Below the pieces are notes generated by a model. It did no database searches. It saw nothing but the letters and a program-made list of their open reading frames with translations, and was not told the DNA's origin. 64,000 nt of DNA from a virus. This document shows, piece by piece, positions 41,955 through 52,064 of this stretch (its first letter is position 1; each line of letters opens with the position of its first letter). The position numbers and the translations under genes are program-made. The stretch lies in IMG/VR virus record IMGVR_UViG_3300045988_122854, one strand, 5' to 3'.

Positions 41955-42218
41955 TCATTCTAAATCCTCTATATGACCGTAGTGTTCGTTGATATGCCAT
42001 TCAAGATAGGCATTAGTCGCAATCTGAATTTCTATATCTAACCAGTTATAAAAATCCTCGGGGTCGCGGGCCATGCGTTCATTAATAATATCAGCAAGAG
42101 AAACGCGATGAGCAAGGAATTCCGAAATATCAAGAGAATCCATAGAAGAAAGAAGCTCTTCCACACATTCTCCGCGAGTAGAGAACTTCTCAGTAGAAAA
42201 ATCGTGAGTGTAATACAT
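41955..42218 (-). CDS. Small acidic hypothetical protein (87 aa)
   Basis: Start taken at MYYTHD with AAAGGAAAGGGGA RBS; the upstream part of the longer ORF call is promoter/leader. Confidence 0.45.
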   Translation of the reverse strand: MYYTHDFSTEKFSTRGECVEELLSSMDSLDISEFLAHRVSLADIINERMARDPEDFYNWLDIEIQIATNAYLEWHINEHYGHIEDLE

Positions 42219-42239
42219 TGTTTGTATCCCCTTTCCTTT

Positions 42240-42485
42240 ACGGTAATCATAGTATAGCAGATTATTACATTCTTGTCTATTGGTAAAATGCCCAAATTCG
42301 GGAAAATAATTAGTTGGACTTTTGGCTAAATTTCCTATTGACAAATTGCTGGGATGGTGGTATAATGGAATTTCCGGCCGTGGCAGGCGCAAACGGCCGG
42401 CCATTTTATCACACTATTGGATTTTTGTCAATAGGCAAAATAAATAAAATTTTGAGACGAGATTTGGTTATCTCGTCTCAAAATA
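42240..42485. repeat. Face-to-face promoter / GC-hairpin module, copy C
   Basis: Plus TTGACA 42338-43 and TATAAT 42361-66. Hairpin ccggccg...cggccgg at 42375-42401. Minus -35 (plus tgtcaa 42426-31). Terminator at 42452-84. Confidence 0.55.
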
Positions 42486-42488
42486 TTT

Positions 42489-42941
42489 TTAACGTTCGGA
42501 CACAATGCTAAGGTAGCGGACAATCATGTCCATTTCGCAACCCTTGTCCTGCTGGTCGCAAACCGCATAACCAATGAGTTCGCCGTCTGCGGTAATCGGG
42601 TAAACGCCATAAGTGTTATTGAAAACAAACGGCTTTCTTTCGTATTCCCATTGGGTCGGAACATAGGCCGGATAGTTTTCCATACCCCGCAGTTTCACGG
42701 TAGTATCATAGATTGCGATGGGACGCAGGCCGGAATTCGACGCCATTGTAATAGCGGTTCGCAGAGCTTCTTCGGTCAGCGAACCAAGCACCGAATATCT
42801 CTTGAAGCAAACGCAGTCGTTGTCTTCAATGAAGATTTCGAGCGGGTCGCCCTCGCGAATCTTCAAAGTCCGGCGAATCTCTTTCGGGATAACCACACGT
42901 CCAAGGTCATCAATTCTGCGAATAATACCAGTAGCTTTCAT
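42489..42941 (-). CDS. AbrB/SpoVT/MazE-family (swapped-hairpin) DNA-binding regulator
   Basis: N-terminal MKATGIIRRIDDLGRVVIPKEIRRTLKIREGDPLEIF. Confidence 0.7.
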   Translation of the reverse strand: MKATGIIRRIDDLGRVVIPKEIRRTLKIREGDPLEIFIEDNDCVCFKRYSVLGSLTEEALRTAITMASNSGLRPIAIYDTTVKLRGMENYPAYVPTQWEYERKPFVFNNTYGVYPITADGELIGYAVCDQQDKGCEMDMIVRYLSIVSER

Positions 42942-43005
42942 TTTAATTTTCCCCTTTCACTTGATACGTTAAGTATAGCAGAACAAAAGGCTTTTGTCAA
43001 GCCCT

Positions 43006-43494
43006 TTATTCAAGATTTTTACTCTCATAAGCAGAAATTTTTCCATCACACTTATGTGCGATTTCCTTAACTGCTTTCGTCTGCTCTTGCGTGGAGCAAT
43101 AGCAATTAAACATCGTCCACTTACCCGCATAGAAGTAATTACAAGGAATGTCATAATCACTTACCATTAACTTTACAAGGTCGGCATTGTAATCTGCGGG
43201 AACGGCAAATTCGACTTTCCAAAGTTTATCTTTGCGGGCTTTCTCTTCAATCCACTTGACAAGGTAAACGCCTACGAAATTACAAACGGCAGTAATAGCC
43301 ATTTTTACCCAAATAGGCATACCGTCCGCGGAAGTCAGCACAATCACATAGGAATAAAAACCGTATGTAATAGCGTTGATGAAAGACGCGCTAAACTTTC
43401 CGCCCTTGACAGTCAAAATGCTTTTGATAGTTGACAGAATCACATTCACCGCCGTACAAAGCGCGAACAGAAGAATTGTATTCATTATTATCAC
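43006..43494 (-). CDS. Membrane protein (162 aa)
   Basis: 3-4 predicted transmembrane helices. Confidence 0.45.
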   Translation of the reverse strand: MIIMNTILLFALCTAVNVILSTIKSILTVKGGKFSASFINAITYGFYSYVIVLTSADGMPIWVKMAITAVCNFVGVYLVKWIEEKARKDKLWKVEFAVPADYNADLVKLMVSDYDIPCNYFYAGKWTMFNCYCSTQEQTKAVKEIAHKCDGKISAYESKNLE

Positions 43495-44039
43495 CCTTTC
43501 CTTTTTCTATTATAATAATAACATACTATAATAGAAATGTCAATAAAGAGTTTTTAATTTACTCTTTTAATTTTTCTAATAGGTCATCAGCACATTCATA
43601 GCTGATGCTCCGGCGGTCGCACTCGTTGGACAAAGGGCAACAGGCGCAGTCATTAAAAGTATCTACCCACATTCGAAGCCAATCTTCGAGCATATAGGTA
43701 TTGACTTCTTCATACATCATTCTTGACGCCATCTTTCCATTTTAGCTTCATAAGCCTGATGTTGTTTTTCCAGTTCAAAACCGCGCGCTATGGCAGACCG
43801 CGCAATATCGCTGATTTCTTCAAAATCTTCCGTGCAATAGATATTCTGATAGAAATATCTCGTTTTGAAAAACTTGCGGTTAGGGTGTACGACCTCGCGC
43901 ACGACTACATCAACCAAGCCATATCCACACCCTTCAACATAGACGCGGAATGTGCGGTTATTGAACTCATAAGTGCTGAACTTTTTCATTTTGTATTCCC
44001 CTTTCCCTTTGATGGTACTATCTTACCAAATTTTGGGAA

Positions 44040-44216
44040 TTTTGTCTATTGGCATTTTACACAAAAATTCGTGTGAAAATTTGTTGAACTTACCTCTTGA
44101 CAGAAAACTCGGCGCGCCACAGTCGTCCGCGCGCCGCCAATTTTATCACATTCAAGGAACTTTGTCAATAGTGAAATTAAACAAAAAAAATCTCCCAAAT
44201 TTGGGAGATTTTTCAT
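44040..44216. repeat. Promoter / GC-hairpin module, copy D (variant subtype)
   Basis: ttgaacttacctcttgacagaaaactc, then hairpin cggcgcgcc...ggcgcgccg at 44110-36, then tgtcaatag at 44163 and terminator at 44184-44215. Confidence 0.45.
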
Positions 44217-44749
44217 TTAGTTTTCTACGGCTTCGAGGTCGGCGAGAATGGGGACGAGCTTGTCTTCAAGAAGCGCGACACGTTCAATCATGTCATTTGC
44301 TTCTGCACCGCCCGATGGGTATCTCTTCTGAATACCGTATCGAGCCATTCTGCACACCGTTTCAACAACCTCGCTCAGTTTCTCATTCTTCATTTTTTTT
44401 ATCTCCATTCAATTTATTTTTTGGAAAGGGTGGCGGTTGTTTCAGGCACAACCGCCAAAGCCATAGGAAAGGGGGAGAAAAACACGAACAAAAGTTCGGT
44501 TTTGTCAAGGGATAATGAGTTCCGCGTCATAGACAGGCCGAACCATGCAAGGTGCGCCAAAGCAGTCGAGATTGTAAGTGTCCAAATTGAGAGCGTTCCA
44601 TTCTTCTGCGCCGGTATCTTCATCAACCACTGACGCGGTTTTGATGTAATAGACGTTTCCGGAAGCAGGGTCTTGAAAAATCATACCCTCGGGGAGGTCT
44701 TCAAATGCAACCATTTTGTTGCTATGCTTAACAGTAATTTTCATTTTAT

Positions 44750-45103
44750 TCACCCTTTATAATAGTATTTGTAAGCCCATTCAATGATTTCATGGCTCGT
44801 GGTAGTCCATTTTTCTTTATGGTTGTCAAACTTTTCCGCGCTTTTTTCAACATAATCATTATATTCCATGCGCGCGGTGTCGTATGCTCCAATAGCTACA
44901 AGCAAAGATTGTTTTGCTTTTTCAGCGTCAGACACGGCTTTCTTGCGGTCAGCGCCATCGGGGTAGAGGTTAATCACCCCTACGCGCGTAATGACTTGCC
45001 TTGTCTTTTCATAAAGGCGGTCGCGCTCTTCCCAAACTTTATAAATCAAATCGTCTGCATGACTTTCATATGGGTTGAAAGGCTTCTTTTTCTTACCGAA
45101 CAT
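44750..45103 (-). CDS. Hypothetical protein (about 117 aa)
   Basis: Start at MFGKKKK. The upstream part of the ORF call overlaps 45093..45431 in another frame. Confidence 0.4.
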   Translation of the reverse strand: MFGKKKKPFNPYESHADDLIYKVWEERDRLYEKTRQVITRVGVINLYPDGADRKKAVSDAEKAKQSLLVAIGAYDTARMEYNDYVEKSAEKFDNHKEKWTTTSHEIIEWAYKYYYKG

Positions 45104-45431
45104 TTTTCTTTTTCTCCTTTTCCTGTTTATTCCACATTTTATCGAAGAACGCATTTGCGAGGACACGCTTGTAAAGGTTGTCAGGCATGGGGCGCTCGCC
45201 GTGCTTGTTTCTCCATATTGCGGTGATTTTATCAATATCCGCGATATAGGCGGTAATGAGCGTGCCGTCCTTAGCGCTACGAATAAGCAGAATACCGGTC
45301 GTAGTGATAGTGTAAAGAACATCGTCCTCAACGCTGTCGATATACGGTTCGCCGATTCCTACATTATCGTAGATGAAGAGCAGGCGGTCAATGCGGTCTT
45401 GCGTGGCGTGTTTTGACATTTTGATAAGCAT
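45093..45431 (-). CDS. Hypothetical protein (112 aa)
   Basis: Intact ORF. Confidence 0.45.
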   Translation of the reverse strand: MLIKMSKHATQDRIDRLLFIYDNVGIGEPYIDSVEDDVLYTITTTGILLIRSAKDGTLITAYIADIDKITAIWRNKHGERPMPDNLYKRVLANAFFDKMWNKQEKEKKKNVR

Positions 45432-45722
45432 TTGTTTTACCTCTTTCTTTTCCTCTTGGATTGATTATATTATACCATATGGGGAGGGGCTTGTCAAGCC
45501 CCTTTAATATAATTGTTCCCCATCGTGGTAGCGCTCATATTCCGCTTCAAGGAAGTCGAGAATAGTTTCAAAGTCGTCTGCGTCTGCGGGGTCTGCAAAG
45601 GTCTTTTCAAGAACTTCGTTAGTGTGTCTATTGTAAACTCGAACCATATCCATTTTATTTACCTCTTTCTTGATTGTATATGTATTATACCATGCGGAAG
45701 GGTTTTTGTCAAGCCCTTTTTA

Positions 45723-45929
45723 TCAGAAATGATAATTTCTGATGATGGCGTCGAATTTGGGAGCATATACCTTTTCCCACTGTTCTTCAAGTGTCTGGTC
45801 ATTCGTACGATATAATTCCCACTGAACCGCGCCATAAGCGTTGTGCTTGAAAAGCTCGGCGTCGCTGGGCATCTGCTCGGCATAGAGAAGCTGGGTCTTG
45901 ATAAAAGAGTGAATGTTGTAGTTAGTCAT
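45723..45929 (-). CDS. Small hypothetical protein (68 aa)
   Basis: Start at MTNYNIH with GAGGT RBS; the upstream part of the ORF call translates the conserved promoter (CYTIIVPRE). Confidence 0.4.
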   Translation of the reverse strand: MTNYNIHSFIKTQLLYAEQMPSDAELFKHNAYGAVQWELYRTNDQTLEEQWEKVYAPKFDAIIRNYHF

Positions 45930-45987
45930 TTTATTTACCTCATCTTTCTGTTCCCTTGGAACAATTATAGTATAGCAAATGCTTAGG

Positions 45988-46195
45988 CATTTGTCTATTG
46001 ACGGATCGCACAAAATTGGGAAAAATAATTTGTGCAAATTTTCACAACTTTTTGCTTGACAAATTGCTGGCCCTGTGATATAATGGAAATTCCGGGCGCG
46101 TGGGCCGTGCGCGCCCGGCCGAATGACCATTGTTAAAATTTTAACAAAAATGAAATAGAAAGGGCGCGGTAATTATCGGCTACCGCGCAAACCAT
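45988..46195. repeat. Promoter / GC-hairpin module, copy E, plus a second hairpin
   Basis: Plus TTGACA 46055-60 and TATAAT 46078-83. Hairpin ccgggcgcg...cgcgcccgg at 46091-118. Second hairpin gcgcggta...taccgcgc at 46163-90. Confidence 0.5.
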
Positions 46196-46332
46196 AGTAT
46201 GAAAAATTTGTTTACTACTTCAAGAGGCTTACCATTTCCTCTTGACAAGATTATAATACCACAACGGGGCGAGTTTGTCAATAGTTTTTTGAAAAAAATT
46301 TTCAGGCGAGATAATTAAATCTCGCCTGAAAA

Positions 46333-46614
46333 TTACACGTCCCACATGGCTTCCGCAATCCAGAAGTATTCATAGCGGAGTTTGGACTGAATCGCAAACA
46401 AGGCGTCCGCAAGTTCTCCGCCGTCTCTATAATCTTCCTCGTCTGAAAGTTTCTGACTTTCTTTTGCAATTCTTTGAGCCAATTTTTCAATGGCGTCTGC
46501 CTGTTCTCTCAAAGCCTGCGGGATAGGTTTTTCATTCATTATTTGTTCCCCCTTTTCACATTTAACGCATTGAGCGTGTGTTCCGCACTTTCTATCACAA
46601 TAAGGACATTCCAT
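46333..46614 (-). CDS. Small protein with a C4 zinc-ribbon N-terminus (93 aa)
   Basis: MECPYCDRKCGTHAQCVKCEKG. Confidence 0.45.
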   Translation of the reverse strand: MECPYCDRKCGTHAQCVKCEKGEQIMNEKPIPQALREQADAIEKLAQRIAKESQKLSDEEDYRDGGELADALFAIQSKLRYEYFWIAEAMWDV

Positions 46615-46810
46615 TTTAGTTCCCCTTTCTCAACTCTTTTTTGAGTTCTTCCCATTCACCCGGATAAAGTTCAATGTTAGTGTTATCAATACACTTTCCA
46701 ATGAATTCAATCTGCTCCTCAGTAAATTTCATTTTCTTGTTTCCCTTTCCTTTGATACATTAAGTATAGCAGAAAAAGGGCTTTTTGTCAAGCCCTTTTT
46801 CTTATTTTTT

Positions 46811-47173
46811 TCAACTTTCTTTTCTAATGGAGTAGTAGCCCCTTTTTCCTTTTCCAGGCTTGTAAATCAACTTTCTATCAGTCCAGCAAAGCTGACTACA
46901 ATACCATGAAACGGTGGAGCAAGAATATTCCTTGCCGGTCTCACGGTAAAGAATAAACTGAATTTCCGTGGGGCGCAGGGGTTTTTCTGCCTTTGAGAGG
47001 ATATCGAGCATCATGTTTTTCATCATGGTGTTGCGGATTTCCTGTTTTCGCCTCTGCTCTTCTCTGGCTTCTTCGAATTTCTGGCAAGCCCGTTCCGCCT
47101 GAAATGCGTCCATTCCTGTAAAAGTGCCATTATCAAGGCATTTTCTCAAAAGACTATAAACTTCAAAGTTCAT
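46811..47173 (-). CDS. Hypothetical protein (120 aa)
   Basis: Intact ORF. Confidence 0.45.
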   Translation of the reverse strand: MNFEVYSLLRKCLDNGTFTGMDAFQAERACQKFEEAREEQRRKQEIRNTMMKNMMLDILSKAEKPLRPTEIQFILYRETGKEYSCSTVSWYCSQLCWTDRKLIYKPGKGKRGYYSIRKES

Positions 47174-47625
47174 CGTATCAACATTCCCTTTCCTTTATTA
47201 TGCCTTTATTATAACATCTGCTTTTGGATTTGTCAAAGGCCTTTTGGAAAAAGAGGGAAAAATTTTCCTTCTTTATTTATCCCCAATAGATCGAAAGAAC
47301 GTTTTCAATGTAGCTGGCTTTATAACCATAATTCTGCATGATATCTTTGCAAGCCTGCCTGACCTTCTTGTCATTTATTGAAGCAAGAGAACATTCGTAA
47401 AGTGTTTCTCCCGTTCCTGCTACTCGCTCAATTTCTGGCATGATATGGTCTTCGATGAATGCCCGCGCAAGGGCATTGTTTTTAGCTTGAATTTCTTTGC
47501 GGACTTCTTCGGCTTTGCGCGTCATTTCATAAGCATATTTAATTTCCATGGTGTTTTTCCCTTTCCTTTGATGTTTTTATTATAGCATATAGGGCTTGTT
47601 TTGTCAAGCCCTATATGCTATTTTT

Positions 47626-47934
47626 TTAGCAATAGGCGAGATTCCCGCGCGCCCAGCCATATACGCTAATTTGATTGCACGCCTTGCCAATTTCAAGCGC
47701 CTGCTTCTTGGTCTGCACCCTCTTAGACTTGTCAACATAATAGATGCCGTTCGCAAGCCACACACCGCAGTTTCCGCCGAAGTCCTTAACCGCGTTAATA
47801 GCTTCGCGGGCGGTCTTGCACTCTACGCCGTTGGTAGCGACCTGCCAGCCGGACTTGTAGTTGACTTTCTTGCCATATTTAAGGGTCATGCCGTCGTTTT
47901 CAGCGAGCTTGCGAATAGAACGAATGTTAATCAT
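47626..47934 (-). CDS. Hypothetical protein (102 aa)
   Basis: Start at MINIRSIRK with GGAAAGGGA RBS; the upstream part of the ORF call is promoter. Confidence 0.45.
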   Translation of the reverse strand: MINIRSIRKLAENDGMTLKYGKKVNYKSGWQVATNGVECKTAREAINAVKDFGGNCGVWLANGIYYVDKSKRVQTKKQALEIGKACNQISVYGWARGNLAYC

Positions 47935-47989
47935 GTTGTTATCCCTTTCCGGTTTGGTAGGTTTTCCTTCCCTTACTGTGATTATAGTA

Positions 47990-48175
47990 TAGCACCGATT
48001 CGGGATTCTGTCTATTGACATTATGCACAAAGGTTTGCCATAAAAATTGTTGAACTTGCCTATTGATACAAAATTCCGGCCGCGCCTGGCGTGCACGGCC
48101 GGCCGAATGAATATGCAAAATGGAGCGTATAAAAATTCAGCGGATTTTTATGCAATCCGCTGAATTTTTATTTTT
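47990..48175. repeat. Promoter / GC-hairpin module, copy F (variant subtype)
   Basis: Hairpin ccggccg...cggccgg at 48077-108; terminator aaaaattcagcggattttt-atgca-atccgctgaattttt at 48135-72. Confidence 0.45.
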
Positions 48176-48179
48176 ATTT

Positions 48180-48419
48180 TCAGCCATCAACGTAAATGAT
48201 AAGAACATCATCTTTGGCTTTCAAACCGCTAACCGGCAGTCCCAGCACCCATTCTTCACTTGCGCCCAAAACATCGCCGTTCAAAGTCATGCGACCTTTG
48301 CGGTCTTTGAGATAGCGACCGCAAGTGTTTTCATTTATCACTTCAATGCCGTTTCCCTCATAGAACATCAGCGCGCCCTTTACCAGACCAATCACATTTT
48401 TAACCATGCCCAAAGTCAT
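48180..48419 (-). CDS. Small hypothetical protein (79 aa)
   Basis: Start at MTLGMV with GAAAGAGG RBS. Confidence 0.4.
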   Translation of the reverse strand: MTLGMVKNVIGLVKGALMFYEGNGIEVINENTCGRYLKDRKGRMTLNGDVLGASEEWVLGLPVSGLKAKDDVLIIYVDG

Positions 48420-48847
48420 TTTTGTCAGCCTCTTTCGTTTTAATGTTGTTCCCCTTGGAACGATTATAGTATAGTATAAACTATAACAAAAGTCAATAGG
48501 TAAAATGACAAAAAGAATCGGCAGGATTTTGTGTATCCTGCCGATTTTTTTAATCTTCCCAACTCTCAATGACTTCACCGGTCATTGCATTGATAATGTC
48601 AACCGAGAGGACGTTGTCCGCGTCCATAAACTTCTGTCCGAGGGCATATGCGTTTTCCTGTCCCGCGACAGACACTTCATAGCGATAGCGGTTGTTATCA
48701 CCAGCCTTGTAGTTGTAGTAGTTGACAGAAACAATAAATAACATTTGGTTTATCCCCTTTCTTTTTATACTCTTATTATACCATAGATTCGGGATTTGTC
48801 AATAGGTTTTTCAAATCTTTTCAAAAAAAATAAGGGCGTTTCCGCCC

Positions 48848-49105
48848 TTAATTTTCATAAATAATAACATTATTTTGTAGCAGTTTCACGCGAGAATCTT
48901 CACAAAAGTGATAGGTAAAACTCACGGAGAGATGTTTGAGAAATTCGCGTCTCCATGTGCGGGACTTCGGTTCTAATTCAAAGAGAATGTAAAGCGTTTC
49001 CTCTAACCGGTCGAGGAAGTTTTCAGTGTCCGCGACGTTGAACTTGCCCGCGAATTTCGGAATAGGATTAGAAGTCCCAATAGTAATAATGTTGTAAGTT
49101 GTCAT
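48848..49105 (-). CDS. Hypothetical protein (85 aa)
   Basis: Start at MTTYNI with AAAGGAG RBS. Confidence 0.4.
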   Translation of the reverse strand: MTTYNIITIGTSNPIPKFAGKFNVADTENFLDRLEETLYILFELEPKSRTWRREFLKHLSVSFTYHFCEDSRVKLLQNNVIIYEN

Positions 49106-49904
49106 GGAAAAAATCTCCTTTTCATTTGATGCTTTTATTATACATGATAGTGTGGAACTTGTCAATACTTAAAATAGAAAAAAGAGAAGTTTTTCAACTT
49201 CTCTTTTTCAGTTTCTTTTCTGCCCATTCAATGAGCGCGCCCGCGGCGATTGTGCCAGTATAAATGAAAAGTAAAACTAAACCGTCATGTAAACTCATTT
49301 TAATATTCCTCCACATACTCTGTAAAAACAAGCTCCCAATCAGGGCCAAGATCCGGAGCTTTGCAGTATCGCGACTGTCGAATGTCATGCTCATTAGTAA
49401 TTTTGTTGATAAACTCGAATTCATACATTGTTGTTATCTCCTTTTCTTTATTGTATCTACATTATAGCAGATAACAGGGCATTTGTCAATACCATTTATA
49501 AAAAAATGTACGAGGTTTAATCCTCGTACATTTCCATTAATGATTTGATTTTTTCAATTGTATTCTCAATTTCTTCTACATAGTCGGCTTGCTCCTCACT
49601 TGCGCGCATTGCTTGTTCATATGCGTCATAGATAGCTTCGCACTGTTCACGGGTATATTCTTCTTCTGGCGCGTGCTCCATAGTGACGACTGCCGCCCAT
49701 GCAAGCGTTTCCGTATCGTCAAGATCATCGGCCTTTTCCGTGGCAGCGGTGAGTTCATGTTCGAGGCGCGTCTTTTCGAGCGAGAGGGTCTTGAGAAAAT
49801 CCTTGTTAGTCATTGTGGTGTATCTCCTTTTCTTTTGATACCTCTATTATAGCACTTCTGGACTGAATGTCAATAGGTTTTTGAAAAAAATATTTATTCA
49901 TCAG

Positions 49905-50130
49905 GGCTGTATAAATATTCATGTATAAATATTCATTTTCGGGTGCATAAAGGCGACTGGCATAATGCACAAATTCGTCTGAAAATTTTTGTGCAACTTG
50001 CCTATTGCAAAACTCGGCGCGCCGCGGCCCACGTCGCGCCGCCCAAATGAATATGTATGAATATGCAATGAATATTCATATGAATATTTATGAATCAAAA
50101 TGAAAAATAAAGAGAGAAGCTTAATAAGCT
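49905..50130. repeat. Promoter / GC-hairpin module, copy G (variant subtype), with about 9 AATATTCAT / ATGAATAT repeats
   Basis: tgtataaatattcatgtataaatattcat at 49905-32; hairpin cggcgcgccg...cgcgccg at 50013-40; atgaatatgtatgaatatgcaatgaatattcatatgaatatttatgaatc at 50043-98. Confidence 0.45.
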
Positions 50131-50480
50131 TCTCTCCATACCTTAATGATAACATCATCTGAAAAGTCATCATATGTATCATTGTCATTTATCCACAGCA
50201 ACAGGAAGTCATTATCATCAATATTCATATGTTCGACTTCCCACAGGTTACCCTGCTCGTCCAGTAGTGTGATAACGTCCTCATTTCGGGATTCGACTTC
50301 TGCGCCGACAAAACGAATACTTCCGCGTTCTGTGCCTGCGCCGCACCAATTGTCAATAACAGTGAGGTCATATGACTGCGGCGCTTCCTCACACGCTTCG
50401 GTGGTCTGGTTATGAGATACGAACATAGTAGCACTAATCAGAAGCGCAATAGCGAGCATATAGTTGATGATGTTTTTCAT
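50121..50480 (-). CDS. Secreted protein (119 aa) with an N-terminal signal peptide
   Basis: MKNIINYMLAIALLISATMFVSHNQT. Confidence 0.45.
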   Translation of the reverse strand: MKNIINYMLAIALLISATMFVSHNQTTEACEEAPQSYDLTVIDNWCGAGTERGSIRFVGAEVESRNEDVITLLDEQGNLWEVEHMNIDDNDFLLLWINDNDTYDDFSDDVIIKVWREAY

Positions 50481-50661
50481 GGTTCTTTCCTTTCTTCATT
50501 AAATGATAGCAATGAGCGACAAAAGAGCGACAGTGCTGGCAATGGCGCGAGCGGGCTTCTTACTGTCTACGCTATACACAAAATTATAAGCGCAGATAGA
50601 AGTAAGACAGATAATAGCAATAGTAGACATAATATACACCTCTTTTTATGGAGCGAGTGGG

Positions 50662-51141
50662 TTAAACCCACTCGCTAAACAGGTCGCGGATAACGTCTTC
50701 CCGCTCATCGTCGGGAAGCTGGTCAATCCCACATTCATAGGTGGTCAGAACGGTCAAGCGGTTGCCCACGCTGGCGTTCTCGCGTTCAAACTTGGCGCGC
50801 TCGCCCTCGCCGTGGAAGTAAGCAACATAATCGTAGATATCACCGAACTCATTATCCATGACGCTATACTCTACCACGATAAAGCGCGTGGTGTTCCATA
50901 CACTCGCAATAACTGCAAGGTCGCTGGCGAGTTCCTGCTCATAGCGCAAGCATTTAAGCGCGGTCGCAATATTGACCTTTTCTTGTTTGGCGCTGGCTTT
51001 TAACCATGTGCCCGTCATAGCTTGATATTTGGTCATGTGGTCAGTCACTTTGCGCTGACCCTCGCGCACCATATCGCGCGCCTTTTCTGCCATGTTGTTG
51101 ATATCTGCGCAAGTGTAAGAAGTGAGATTGATGATTTTCAT
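50662..51141 (-). CDS. Hypothetical protein (159 aa)
   Basis: Intact ORF. Confidence 0.45.
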   Translation of the reverse strand: MKIINLTSYTCADINNMAEKARDMVREGQRKVTDHMTKYQAMTGTWLKASAKQEKVNIATALKCLRYEQELASDLAVIASVWNTTRFIVVEYSVMDNEFGDIYDYVAYFHGEGERAKFERENASVGNRLTVLTTYECGIDQLPDDEREDVIRDLFSEWV

Positions 51142-51202
51142 AGTATGACCCTTTCCGCGCTATCGCGCTAATACGTTATTATTCTTCTGAATGGGAGAGA
51201 GG

Positions 51203-51583
51203 TTAACCTCTCTCCGCAATTTCCGTTTCCTGCTTGGCGCTCGCCCATGCGATGCTTGTGCGGGTGTTGCCTGCCTTGCGATATTCCTCTGCGCCTGCCG
51301 GAGTGCCGCCTAACGCGAGGGCATACGCCTGCCAGTCAATAGCGCCTTTTGCCGCCGTTTCGGTGTAAACAACGTGCTTGACTTCCCCTTGCTTTTGCAA
51401 AGAAAGCGTCAGAAAATCGGACTTTTCACTTGCCTTGTATTCCTTGCCCAAGTCCGCAAATAAATCTTTTGCGGCGGCTTTTGCGGCTTTTTCAGCCTTG
51501 CTTGCAATGTCCAGTGCTTCTTTTGCGTCAAGGTAGTTAATAAGCACGGCGCGCTGTTCATTCTTAATATCGACTTTTTTCAT
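51203..51583 (-). CDS. Ala/Lys-rich hypothetical protein (about 126 aa)
   Basis: Start at MKKVDIK. Confidence 0.4.
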   Translation of the reverse strand: MKKVDIKNEQRAVLINYLDAKEALDIASKAEKAAKAAAKDLFADLGKEYKASEKSDFLTLSLQKQGEVKHVVYTETAAKGAIDWQAYALALGGTPAGAEEYRKAGNTRTSIAWASAKQETEIAERG

Positions 51584-51867
51584 GGTGTTCAACCTCGTAT
51601 CATGTATTTGCTGTTCGGCGCTTGCGCCGTTCAGCATGGTTACATGGTAGCAGATTCAACCACGGAATACAAGTGGCAGATTGCACAAAAGTTTCTATTG
51701 ACGGGGGTCTGTTTTTGTGCAGCTCGACGAGCGCGGTTCGCTTGTAGTATACCTTTGCATTATTATCCAGCAGAGAATGAATAAAACCTGCATAGGGCGG
51801 GGTGTATTTCGGGAAAAATAAATTTTTATTCATCGTTTTTTCTTTTGCCTGATCAAAACGCAATCTA

Positions 51868-51965
51868 AATCAATTTTCAATTTCAAAATACGGGGAAAAA
51901 TAATAAATCAATTTTCAATTTCAGATTACGAAGAATAATTACTTAATTTTAAATCACGAAAAAAT
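51868..51965. repeat. Iteron-like direct repeats at the junction between the island and the AT-rich block
   Basis: tcaattttcaatttcaaaatacgggg / tcaattttcaatttcagattacgaag / taattttaaatcacgaaaaaa / taattttacgatttc. Confidence 0.45.
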
Positions 51966-52064
51966 AATTTTTAATTTTACGATTTCTTCTTCCTGCCCCT
52001 TTTAGGCTTCTCACCCCACATAAGAGTGTATAATCCAGAAGTGGCAGAATAAGTGGCTTTCTGC

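Noticed and set aside
44750-45331. 193-aa ORF taken as a single gene
   Set aside because: Its N-terminal 76 residues overlap gene 45093..45431 in another frame and have odd composition. The gene was trimmed to start at MFGKKKK.
37204-50040. GC-rich hairpins as integron attC sites or REP-like elements
   Set aside because: There is no integrase, the cassettes carry their own promoters and several genes each, and the hairpins are tightly embedded between -10 boxes. attC-like recombination sites cannot be fully excluded.
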